64,000 nucleotides of DNA, taken from Bacillota bacterium. GTDB lineage: Bacteria > Bacillota > Peptococcia > Peptococcales > BICA1-8. Within the stretch, counting starts at the first letter, position 1. The number at the start of each line of letters is the position of its first letter. Below, one piece after another: positions 39,577 to 48,900 of the stretch. Made by a program: the position numbers and the translations under genes. The stretch spans positions 193,219 to 257,218 of the forward strand of contig JBMOKT010000021.1 in the NCBI GenBank assembly GCA_049323895.1. The letters run 5' to 3'. Below the pieces are notes generated by a model. The model did not search any database and was not told where the DNA came from. It saw only the letters and a program-made list of their open reading frames with translations.

Positions 39577-41378
39577 TAAATTAATACACCCATTTGCCTT
39601 GCCAAATTCTGTTTTGTGACCAAGGGAACCAGCAAACTTAACATAGGGTTCTTTTTAACTCTGCACAGATACTTTAATTTATTCCAGTTATTTACGCTAT
39701 CACTATTATAGGAGCCAATTTCAATATAGCCTGCATCTACTACTTCTAAGTGTTTTAAAATAGCGTCTATCTTAGACCGATAAGTCAAAATTAATAAATC
39801 TCTGCCGCTAAATATTGCTTGTATATCTATATGTTGGTTCTTAATTTGAAAAATCTTGGTATCCCCCAGGAAAAAAGTTTCATTGTAATTTTCAGCAAAT
39901 ACCTTATACCACTTCTCAACCTCTTCTTCAGGTATATATAAAACACCTCTATTGTCAATAGTATCACTCAGCAAAGCCTCTTGTGAACCAATAACCCGGT
40001 ATATTTCTCTGACAGTACAGCAATTGCGGTTTACAAATTCTAAGCGGATATCCTTGAAACCCTTAGTTTCCATCATCAATTTATAGCTTATCTCCGCAAT
40101 ATTTTTTAGTTTTGAATTGAAAATAATCAATTCTTTATTGGTAATAATAAATTCTCCATAAACATCTTGGCATATATCTATACCGTCTTTTACCTGATTC
40201 CGAAGTTTAAACCACTTATAACACAGTCCACCGTCAAACTCCCCTGTAAGGTGTATTTCCGGCCAGTTCTCAAAATGTTTACGAAAGAGGCTAGGATTAT
40301 TTATTTTATAAATATCTGCGTACACCTTAAAATTCAAGGGGTTTAGGGGGTCTTCTTTGCCAATAGGTACGAAATCCTTTATTTCAACATTGTCAATTAG
40401 CCATGTATTCCCCGCTTTAGAGAGTTTAAAAATAAAATCAATTTTTCGTAAATCTTCATTTTCGTCGCTGGCAACAACACGGATAAGGTAGAAAAGAGAT
40501 TCCCCCTCCGACCATGAGGAGAGGTGAATACTTTTTATGAAATTGTATTTTTCCAGGGGATTAGACCAATTCTCTATGAAATCTTCTCTAGTACCAAATA
40601 TGTTTTGCAATTCCACACCCGAAAGGTCATAAATTAAACCCGCGTCCATATTTTTCAGACCAAGTAAATATGCATTAACTATAGTTTTTGGGGGGAAATT
40701 CTCTTTGCTTAATTTTCTAGTTAAATTTGAATTATCTACGAAACTTGATTCTTTTTGGGGCTCAACAAACCAACAATATTGAGAAAAACCACCGGCATAT
40801 TTGGTATTGTATTTTTTGTTTTGCCCAAGAGCATCAGAAAGCAGCTTTCGGCCTTCATCAATAGTCAGGCATACAAAATTTTGTTTTTTTAAGCTATTTA
40901 AAATATCATTCTTATTCCTGCTTTTATATTGGAAATATTCCTTAACCCCTAAATGGTTGAAAGCCAAAGAAAAATAGTGAGCCTGAAAACTGCCTGCACT
41001 CTCAGTTACAAAGACTAAAACACAGTTCCCCTCTAACCGGGTTGGTGTAGCAAATGTCCCGACTATTTCTGACTGATTTTCCCTTTTCCCTCCCGGAGTC
41101 TCTATATAGACCCCCATACTTTCAAATTTTTTCAATGTCCTTTCAGCAATTTTTTGTATTTCACCCGTCATTTCCTCGGAAAGCAGGCTAAAAAAAGGTA
41201 TCAATTTTCTATTGTTAGACTTGGCCAGATTTAATACCAGTTTTAGCTGGACCTGGGGAGGTAAATTTTCAATTATATTAAGGCAAGTACCCCCTGCCCC
41301 CTCCATTTCAGCTAGAACAGTCAATTCTTTAGCTATTTCACTGTAAATATTTTTATTCGCAAAATCTCTTATTTGCAC
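39576..41378 (-). CDS. hypothetical protein (600 aa), no recognisable domain
   Basis: Long uninterrupted ORF with host-like codon and AT usage. I see no motifs that I can assign. Confidence 0.6.
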   Translation of the reverse strand: MQIRDFANKNIYSEIAKELTVLAEMEGAGGTCLNIIENLPPQVQLKLVLNLAKSNNRKLIPFFSLLSEEMTGEIQKIAERTLKKFESMGVYIETPGGKRENQSEIVGTFATPTRLEGNCVLVFVTESAGSFQAHYFSLAFNHLGVKEYFQYKSRNKNDILNSLKKQNFVCLTIDEGRKLLSDALGQNKKYNTKYAGGFSQYCWFVEPQKESSFVDNSNLTRKLSKENFPPKTIVNAYLLGLKNMDAGLIYDLSGVELQNIFGTREDFIENWSNPLEKYNFIKSIHLSSWSEGESLFYLIRVVASDENEDLRKIDFIFKLSKAGNTWLIDNVEIKDFVPIGKEDPLNPLNFKVYADIYKINNPSLFRKHFENWPEIHLTGEFDGGLCYKWFKLRNQVKDGIDICQDVYGEFIITNKELIIFNSKLKNIAEISYKLMMETKGFKDIRLEFVNRNCCTVREIYRVIGSQEALLSDTIDNRGVLYIPEEEVEKWYKVFAENYNETFFLGDTKIFQIKNQHIDIQAIFSGRDLLILTYRSKIDAILKHLEVVDAGYIEIGSYNSDSVNNWNKLKYLCRVKKNPMLSLLVPLVTKQNLARQMGVLI

Positions 41379-41713
41379 AGAATTAACTTCCTTTCTAAGG
41401 ATAATGTTTTTCTATATATATAGCGTTTCTCCCTGGAAAGGTGTTTTTCCTTTAGTTTTTTTCCGTAATTTTCCACCACGATTCGCCAAACAACTACACT
41501 TTAGTCCAATATATGGTATTTGTTGTATTACATCTTCCTATATTTAGTGATAGTTAATATATAAATAAAGTATGCAGGGAAAGTACTTTATGCTATTAAA
41601 AGACGGAGTATCAGAAAAGAGATATTTTTTTATACAGCAGGAGAAACGTAAAATAATTAGAATTTAGTATTAAACCTTTTCTGTTTTCCATAATCAAAAA
41701 AGGAGGAATAGGT

Positions 41714-42172
41714 TTGAAAAAATTCAATCTTCATTTTGAGCCTGCTTTTCCCCGGGCTGAAGAAGAAATCCTAGAGATATTTAAAGACGCAACAGATAAA
41801 TCATGGGTAAAAAAAGGACTGCTGCAGGCAATCCTCGATAATCTCCCCTTTAATATTATGGTCCTCAATGATACATCTACCATAACCTATGTTAACTCTC
41901 ACTTTTGCCAGTTAATAGGTTATACCAGAGAGGAATTAATTGACCTTACCCTTAGTGAATTTGCCCAGCTTTTAGTATCTGAATCTGAGTATGACTTTAC
42001 CCGTTACCCCAGGATTTTAGCCGGAGAAACCATTGTAAATTACAGCTATACCTTTAGGCACAAGAAAAATTATAATTTAAAAGTAAAATACAATTCTTAT
42101 CCTTTACGCATCAACCCTAATGAGAAACCCATTGGCTGCCTTTGTATAATTGAACCTATTGAAAACTGCTAA
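41714..42172 (+). CDS. stand-alone PAS-domain protein
   Basis: TTG start. AILDNLPFNIMVLNDTSTITYVNSHFCQLIGYTREELIDLTL is a typical PAS core. Confidence 0.7.
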   Translation: MKKFNLHFEPAFPRAEEEILEIFKDATDKSWVKKGLLQAILDNLPFNIMVLNDTSTITYVNSHFCQLIGYTREELIDLTLSEFAQLLVSESEYDFTRYPRILAGETIVNYSYTFRHKKNYNLKVKYNSYPLRINPNEKPIGCLCIIEPIENC

Positions 42173-42236
42173 GGAAGACAGCTTTCAATAGGTTCAACTA
42201 AATTTATCTAAGTAGATTTTCCTTATAATCTAATTC

Positions 42237-42446
42237 TTAACAGCCGGAGCAGGAACCGCAACTGCCGCTGGTGCAGGCGGAACCGGCATTGCCTCCCGAA
42301 ACCCCACCTAGATTCACCCTGTTGAACTTTTGTTGTATTTCTTTTGTTCCACAGGCTGGACAGGATACTTTTCCTTTATCCTTAATACTGGTCTGAACGG
42401 TAAAACTTTTTGCACATTCCTTACATTTAAAATCATAGGTCGGCAT
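42237..42446 (-). CDS. FmdB-family zinc-ribbon protein
   Basis: MPTYDFKCKECAKSF...CPACG is the FmdB/CxxC_CxxC_SSSS pattern, with a Gly/Ser/Cys-rich tail. Confidence 0.85.
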   Translation of the reverse strand: MPTYDFKCKECAKSFTVQTSIKDKGKVSCPACGTKEIQQKFNRVNLGGVSGGNAGSACTSGSCGSCSGC

Positions 42447-42592
42447 ACCAACACCCCCTTTTATTTAATTGTCCTTATTATTTAATATTAACATTTTTAT
42501 TGGCAATTGAGTACCTTCGAAATATGCAGGAAAAAACCCATGCACCATAGAATTAAATTAGAGAATGCCACTAAGTTAAAGGTGGGTATTAA

Positions 42593-43678
42593 ATGCTCAA
42601 AATAAACCAGGTAATATACTTAGAACCCCAATCCCCTATCTATAATGAACATTACGAGGGCACCATAATAGAAATCGCCGAAACCACTTTTACCATTACC
42701 ATGCCATATGACAAGGGTAAGCTGGTTCTATTGGGTGTGGGTACCATGTTAAGGATAAACATCCCTGGTGCAAAAGACTGGTTTGTCTCCGAGGTAATTG
42801 GCAGGACCTTTACCCCTAAACCCTCTCTTATAATAACCATACCTTTAACCTTAATGGAAAAACGGGTCTCAAAAAAGACTAAGGTTATTGCCATAACAAG
42901 TGGCAAAGGCGGCGTTGGCAAAACCAGTTTTACTATCAATTTTGGGATAACCTTGAGCCAAATGGGTTATAGAACTTTTATTATTGATGCAGATTTGGGA
43001 ACGGCTAATGTTGATGTCCTTCTCGATTTACATCCTAAATATAATTTGAATCATATTCTAAGCAGAGAAAAGGATATACTAGATATAATGATAGAAGGAC
43101 CGGGAGGCGTACAGCTTATACCCGGAGGTTCCGGTCTGCAAAATTTAGCTGACCTTGATGAATGGCATTTTAACCGGTTAATAAACAGTTTTCAAACCTT
43201 AGAGAAATATGCCGATATCATTCTGGTGGATACAGGGGCAGGACTATCAAAAAATGTAATAAATTTTGTGCTTGCCAGTGACGAAATAATTGTTGTAACT
43301 ACTCCGGAGCCCCATGCCATTACCGATGCATATGCTATTATAAAGGTAATGGATGACAGGGATCCTTCTTTACGCCCTAAACTAGTTCTTAACAGGGTGG
43401 AAAGCCCCGAGGAGGCCAGACAAATATCCGATAAGATGATTAGAGTAACAGAACGCTTCTTGTCCATCAGACTAGAAAGTCTAGGCTATATTCTAGAAGA
43501 TACCAATGTACTACGGGCTATTAAAAAATTAAAGCCCTTTGTGCTAAGTGAGCCCTCTACACCCGCTGCCCAGTGTGTTAGAAATATCGCCCAGAAACTG
43601 CTTAGCCCCGACCTGCAGCAGGACTATGAAGTACGCAAAAACTTTTTCCATAAGTTTAAGGAGTTGTTTAATCGATGA
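42593..43678 (+). CDS. MinD/ParA-type P-loop ATPase (FlhG/YlxH-like) with an N-terminal PilZ-like domain
   Basis: Deviant Walker A ITSGKGGVGKTS, IIDADLGTANV, and Walker B IILVDTGAG. The ~90 N-terminal residues look like a PilZ beta-barrel, which is unverified. Confidence 0.75.
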   Translation: MLKINQVIYLEPQSPIYNEHYEGTIIEIAETTFTITMPYDKGKLVLLGVGTMLRINIPGAKDWFVSEVIGRTFTPKPSLIITIPLTLMEKRVSKKTKVIAITSGKGGVGKTSFTINFGITLSQMGYRTFIIDADLGTANVDVLLDLHPKYNLNHILSREKDILDIMIEGPGGVQLIPGGSGLQNLADLDEWHFNRLINSFQTLEKYADIILVDTGAGLSKNVINFVLASDEIIVVTTPEPHAITDAYAIIKVMDDRDPSLRPKLVLNRVESPEEARQISDKMIRVTERFLSIRLESLGYILEDTNVLRAIKKLKPFVLSEPSTPAAQCVRNIAQKLLSPDLQQDYEVRKNFFHKFKELFNR

Positions 43679-45450
43679 CTTTGGATTCCTATATAAATAA
43701 CTTGCCTTGGGACAACATGGAAATCTCTCTTACACCCCTTGCTCAACAGATACTTGAAGAAAGATATTTACTAAAGAATAGTAAAAGGGAAATCATTGAA
43801 ACACCCCTTGAAATGTATATCCGTACTGCAAAATTTATGGCTGAATGTGAAAAAACTGATGAAGAAAAAACCTATTGGTTTAATAAATTTATTAATGGCT
43901 TGACCACCCAAAAGTGGTGTGTTTCCAGCCCAGGTTTAATGAATGCCGGCACTGTGCTACCCCAGCTTAGTGCCTGTTTTATTCTGGAGATTGAAGATAA
44001 TTTAGAAAATATTTTTAATACCCTTAAACAGGCTGCCCTAATCTATAAATCCGGGGGCGGTGTGGGCTTTTATTTTGGCCGCCTCAGGGAGCAGCAAGCT
44101 ATTATTAATACTACTAAAGGAATTTCCAGCGGCATCCCCTCCTGGTTAAACCTTTATGATACAGCTGTAAACTGTGTAGCCCAGGGTGGCAAGCGCCGGG
44201 GTGCAGCCTTAGGCCTTCTCCCCATAAACCATCCCGATATAGAATACTGGCTGGAGGCAAAATCCCTGGAAGGTAAACTAAGGAATTTTAACTTGTCAGT
44301 TTCAGTTTCCCAGGAATTTATGGAGGCGCTATTAAAAGACCAAGAAGTCCCATTAATAAGTCCTCGGGGATATACCGTTAAAACCGTGCCGGCCCGGAGT
44401 CTTTGGGAAAAGCTGTGCTATCAAGCATGGCTTAAGGCAGAGCCTGGTGTTTTCTTTGAGGATAGGATAAACAAGGACAACGCTAATCCCCATTTGGGCA
44501 GAATAAACTGCAGCAATCCCTGTGCTGAATTTGTCAATATCAATTACTCTTCATGCAATCTGGCCTCCATCAACCTTGAAAAACACCTAATATGCAAGGG
44601 CAATAATATAGCTTTCAATTGGCCGCTTTTTGAAGAAACTATTATTACGGTACAACGGTTTTTAGACAATATGATTGATGTCAACCAGCTTCCTCTTCCT
44701 GAATTAACCGAGACAGCCCAAAAGATTCGACCTCAGGGCTTGGGTTTCATGGGTTTAGCCCGAACCTTGAAATCATTAGGAATAGGATACCATACCCCTC
44801 GAGCAAGGCAATGGGTATCCCAAATGACTAGTTTTTTACGGAATACTGCAGAAAAGGCTTCCCATAACTTAGCTAAGGAAAGAGGGGTATATCCTGCCTG
44901 GGAGGGCTCCAACTGGCATGCCCAGGGGAAACCTATGCGCAACAGCTGTTTACTGGCTATTGCTCCCACTGGTACTATTGCTACTCTGTGTAATACCTCC
45001 TGGGGGCTGGAGCCTGATTTTGCCCCTATTTATTATAGAGAGATTTTGAATGGACAAAGCTTTTATGAGATTGATCCAATTTTACTGCAGGCTATGCAAA
45101 AGCTAAATATAGATACCCCTAAGCTGCGGGAGAGAATCCTAGCAGAGGGCTCTATTCAAAACCTGGATGAATTCCCTCGGGAGTATAAAGAAATATTTGT
45201 CTACGCTAAGGATATACATTCCCTTGACCATATAAAAATGCAGGCAGTTATTCAAGAACATGTGGATGGTGCCTGCAGTAAAACTATCAACCTGCCGTAC
45301 CAGGCGACAGTTAAGGATGTAGATGAGGCTTTCAGAGCTGCCTACCGATTTGGTCTAAAAGGCTGTACAGTTTACCGTGACCAAAGCCGGGAAAAACAGG
45401 TTTTACACAATTGTAAAATAGATAACAGCTGTCCGGAGTGTCAGATATAA
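43675..45450 (+). CDS. nrdJ: adenosylcobalamin-dependent (class II) ribonucleotide reductase, compact form
   Basis: The motifs match class II RNR: LEERYLLK, SSPGLMNAG, QLSACFIL, YKSGGGVGF, AQGGKRRGA, NFNLSV, CSNPCAEF, SSCNLASINL, and a C-terminal CPEC. The start overlaps the upstream stop (ATGA). Confidence 0.8.
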   Translation: MTLDSYINNLPWDNMEISLTPLAQQILEERYLLKNSKREIIETPLEMYIRTAKFMAECEKTDEEKTYWFNKFINGLTTQKWCVSSPGLMNAGTVLPQLSACFILEIEDNLENIFNTLKQAALIYKSGGGVGFYFGRLREQQAIINTTKGISSGIPSWLNLYDTAVNCVAQGGKRRGAALGLLPINHPDIEYWLEAKSLEGKLRNFNLSVSVSQEFMEALLKDQEVPLISPRGYTVKTVPARSLWEKLCYQAWLKAEPGVFFEDRINKDNANPHLGRINCSNPCAEFVNINYSSCNLASINLEKHLICKGNNIAFNWPLFEETIITVQRFLDNMIDVNQLPLPELTETAQKIRPQGLGFMGLARTLKSLGIGYHTPRARQWVSQMTSFLRNTAEKASHNLAKERGVYPAWEGSNWHAQGKPMRNSCLLAIAPTGTIATLCNTSWGLEPDFAPIYYREILNGQSFYEIDPILLQAMQKLNIDTPKLRERILAEGSIQNLDEFPREYKEIFVYAKDIHSLDHIKMQAVIQEHVDGACSKTINLPYQATVKDVDEAFRAAYRFGLKGCTVYRDQSREKQVLHNCKIDNSCPECQI

Positions 45451-45494
45451 CTCCGACGGAGTTAGTGGCTAGTTGTTAGTGGCTAGTGGATAGT

Positions 45495-45528
45495 AGGTCG
45501 GGTGTTCAAGTCACCTTGCCAGCTCCAT
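45495..45528 (+). repeat. 34-bp direct repeat, left copy (candidate att site)
   Basis: AGGTCGGGTGTTCAAGTCACCTTGCCAGCTCCAT is identical to 60439-60472. Confidence 0.9.
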
Positions 45529-45538
45529 TTAAGAGAAA

Positions 45539-45572
45539 ATCCTTAGAATCGCAGTAGTTCTAAGGATTTTTT
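45539..45572. terminator. bidirectional rho-independent terminator
   Basis: ATCCTTAGAA tcgcagtag TTCTAAGGAT, flanked by an A-run and a T-run. Confidence 0.8.
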
Positions 45573-45592
45573 ATACTTTACCCACCGGAAAT

Positions 45593-45877
45593 TCAGTCTT
45601 TCATTGATAATGCAAAATCTATTGAACTCAATGATGATTCAACATTTGACAGACTTGAATGTATGTCAGTCAGATCATATCCAGTTGAACCCTTGATGCT
45701 CTCAACTGACGAATGTATATCTGAGAGATCATATCCGGCTGAGCCTTTAATACCTTCAATTGCCTCAGTTATATCGGATAGGCTATTTGATCCACCTCCA
45801 GTCAATACGTCCATTTTAGAATTCAATTCAATTAACTGATCTCGAATTTCCATCATTACACTAATTAGTTCTTCCAC
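45593..45877 (-). CDS. small acidic protein (94 aa) with internal ~21-aa tandem repeats
   Basis: IEGIKGSAGYDLSDIHSSVES / IKGSTGYDLTDIHSSLSNVES. It lies 32 nt downstream of the giant helicase gene on the same strand. Confidence 0.6.
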   Translation of the reverse strand: MEELISVMMEIRDQLIELNSKMDVLTGGGSNSLSDITEAIEGIKGSAGYDLSDIHSSVESIKGSTGYDLTDIHSSLSNVESSLSSIDFALSMKD

Positions 45878-45909
45878 ACTTGCACGCTCCTTTCATCTAA
45901 TTTTGGGTT

Positions 45910-48900
45910 TTAAACTGCCACGACTTTTCCGTCAGTTTCTTTCACTCGTCCGCTTTTTAATAAATATTCATATGCCTTTTGCAGGTTAACCTGGATTCTA
46001 TCACCGGAACGTGCAAAGCCATATTCTCTTGCGGTGGATTGCAACAAGCTATCTTTAAGAATACCATAGCTATTTGAAACAATAACCAACATAGCTTCAG
46101 CAAGCTCGTCGGTGCTTATATAATTTATGGGTCTGGTATTGCCTGTGGCTTTTGGTATAACTTTTGTGTAGTCGGAAGGATAAAAGAAGTCACCATTACG
46201 TACGACACCTTTTAAAGATTTTAGAGCATAATCAACTTCTCCACGAACCTTTACAGTCGCTTTTTCGTTACCAAGGAGTGGAGCCAGATTTTTGCACAGT
46301 AATTCGTAATGAATAGGATATTCATTATTAACCACCGCCTTGATACAATCGCCCATGCTTAGGTAACCAGAAGCATTGCGTGGCAAAGAGCTGAAATTTG
46401 TGAACGCCTGTTTTTCAAATCCATAGGGATTAACTATATTATCCGAACTGGCACCACTTTCTTTTTCATTTATACTTAAAAATTCGCTTTCCGCCTGTGA
46501 CAACGGCATTTGAGAATCTGGCTCGCTTTCTTCGGCATAATTATTAATTGCACTTTCTACGGCATCAATGAGTTTATGCCCTTCAGTCACAGGGTCTTTG
46601 ATCCAGTCGGTAGACCAAATACGATGGATTTTCCAGCCCATATCTTCAAGTACCGCCTGACGCAGACGATCTCGTTCTCGTGCCGTTCTCGCAGAGTGAT
46701 AAGCAGCACCATCACATTCAATCCCTATAACATATTGTCCGCTGATGGTCGGATGCTTAACAGCCATATCTATGCGATAACCAGAACATCCAACCTGTGT
46801 CGCAAGCTTGTAGCCTTTTCGATCCAAAAAGTTGTAGACAGCAGCCTCAAAAGGGGAATCATGTTCGATAACATCGCTTTCTGTTATTTCTCTTAATAAC
46901 ACTGACGACCCATTCATGGCAAAGTCGATGTAAGAACGGAGCAGTTTCGGCCCTTCTCTCGTGATGCGTTCAACTTCAATATCAGTCGGCAGAATGGAAC
47001 CAACTAATTTTACATTATGCTTTGCTCTTGTAATAGCAACATTAAGGCGTCGCTCTCCGCCGTCTTTAGTAAGCGGACCAAAATTCATTGCAAACTTTCC
47101 TGTTGCATCTTTGGCGTAGCCTATGCTGAATATAATGGTATCGCGTTCATCCCCTTGGACATTCTCTAAATTTTTTACGAAGAATGCCTCATCATTGTCC
47201 TCATTGAAAAATGATTCATACTGCTGATTTTCTTTTCGCATCTGACGTATGACTGTATCTATAGCCTGTTGTTGAACTTCCCCGAAAGCTATAACACCAA
47301 GAGAACGATTAGGAAATCTTCTGAAATGATCAAATACAAGTTCTCCGATGCGTTTGGCTTCAATCATATTTCCTTTTTTACCACCACGGTCATAATAGCC
47401 GTCCGGCACATAAATGTATTCAACACCATTATGCGGCACTTTATCAACGTTAGCAGGGAAAGTGATTAGGTTATTTTTATAAATCTTGGTATTCGAGAAA
47501 GCGATAAGATGTTCATGTCTGCTACGATAATGCCAAAGCAGGGTACGCTCGGGAAGCAGGCCAGCTTCATCTAAAATTGATTCATAAGCATTTGTGTCGT
47601 CGTATTCATCATCATCAACATCTGTATCAAAATCGGCATCGGAGGCAGATGACATAAAGAAATTGGTTGGCGGCAATTGCTTACTATCTCCTGCAATTAC
47701 AACCTGTTTACCTCTTGAAATCGCTCCAATAGCATTTTCGGTGCATACTTGTGAAGCCTCATCAAAGATAATGATATCGAAATCATAACTTTCCGCTTCT
47801 AAAAACAGGCTCACGGATAAAGGGGACATCATTAAGCATGGCTTAAGAGTAAGGAGCAGATTGGGGATAGCCCTGAATAATTTGCGAATAGGCATAATTC
47901 TTCGCTGTTTTCCAAGCTCTCTTTTCAGAATGCTTAATTCATCAACACCTGAAGTGAATCGTTCAAAAGCTGGAAGAGAATCAATTAATTTTTTCTTGAT
48001 CCGTGCTTTTGCTATCTCAAATTGAAGCTTGTCAAGACGAGAAAATTCAGCAATTGTATTTTCCTGTACTCTTCGGCGAAAATTGAGAACGGCTGGATAC
48101 TGAGGTAGAATTGCGTCAAGCCATAAACGATAAAACCGTTTCTTAAACATCGGAATAATAAGAGCGGCATCAATATGAAGTTCTTCAATCTTGGTTATAT
48201 AATCAGCAAGTCCCTCATTCTGGCAATTAGTACGAGCATTTCTGAAATCAATCCATTCCTCAAGCAAAGAGAGCCCATTCATACACTTGGTAACTCTATC
48301 GTAGAGAGCAAGCATACCTAAACCCTTAATATCATCCTTGTTTTCAAATATATCAAGGAACCAAGAGAACTCTGTATTCATATCAGCTATGGCGTTGGTT
48401 AAATCGGCCAAGTATTTTGCAGACAAATTTATTTTGGATTCATTGGTGCATATGTTTCTGATAAAATCTGTGTTAACTCTATAATTTTCGCAAATCTTCC
48501 TAAAATCATTTGCCCAATTTAAGGAGCTAAGAACATTTGACCAATCGGTATCCATGCCCTTGTAAAGGAAGTCATAATGCCTCTGTAAATCAGCATCACA
48601 CTCTTCTAAAGTATTGGCCAAGGCGGCAAGAAGAGATAATTTGTCTTTACTTTGCAATATGAGATTAAAAGCTTTAATCAGCTTTGACAGCAGTGTTAAA
48701 TCCGTGTTTTCACCGGAATAGTGTTCGCCAAAGGTTTGTGCTAATATTTGATTGTTTTCTGAAAGCCATATAGAGACCTCATCCAGCTCTCGGAGAGAGG
48801 TCAATGTTTCAATAATTTCAGCATCACGGACTTTATTGACAATCTGTTTATATAAACCTTTAATAGTTTTTTTATCAGTCCTGTATTGACCTTTGAAGAT

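Noticed and set aside
45495-45528. tRNA or tmRNA gene at the 34-bp direct repeats
   Set aside because: Only a T-arm/acceptor/CCA-like 3' part can be drawn. The matching 5' acceptor strand GCTGGCA and D/anticodon arms are absent upstream of both copies, where the sequence is heptamer repeats at 45.46 kb and the end of a CDS at 60.4 kb.
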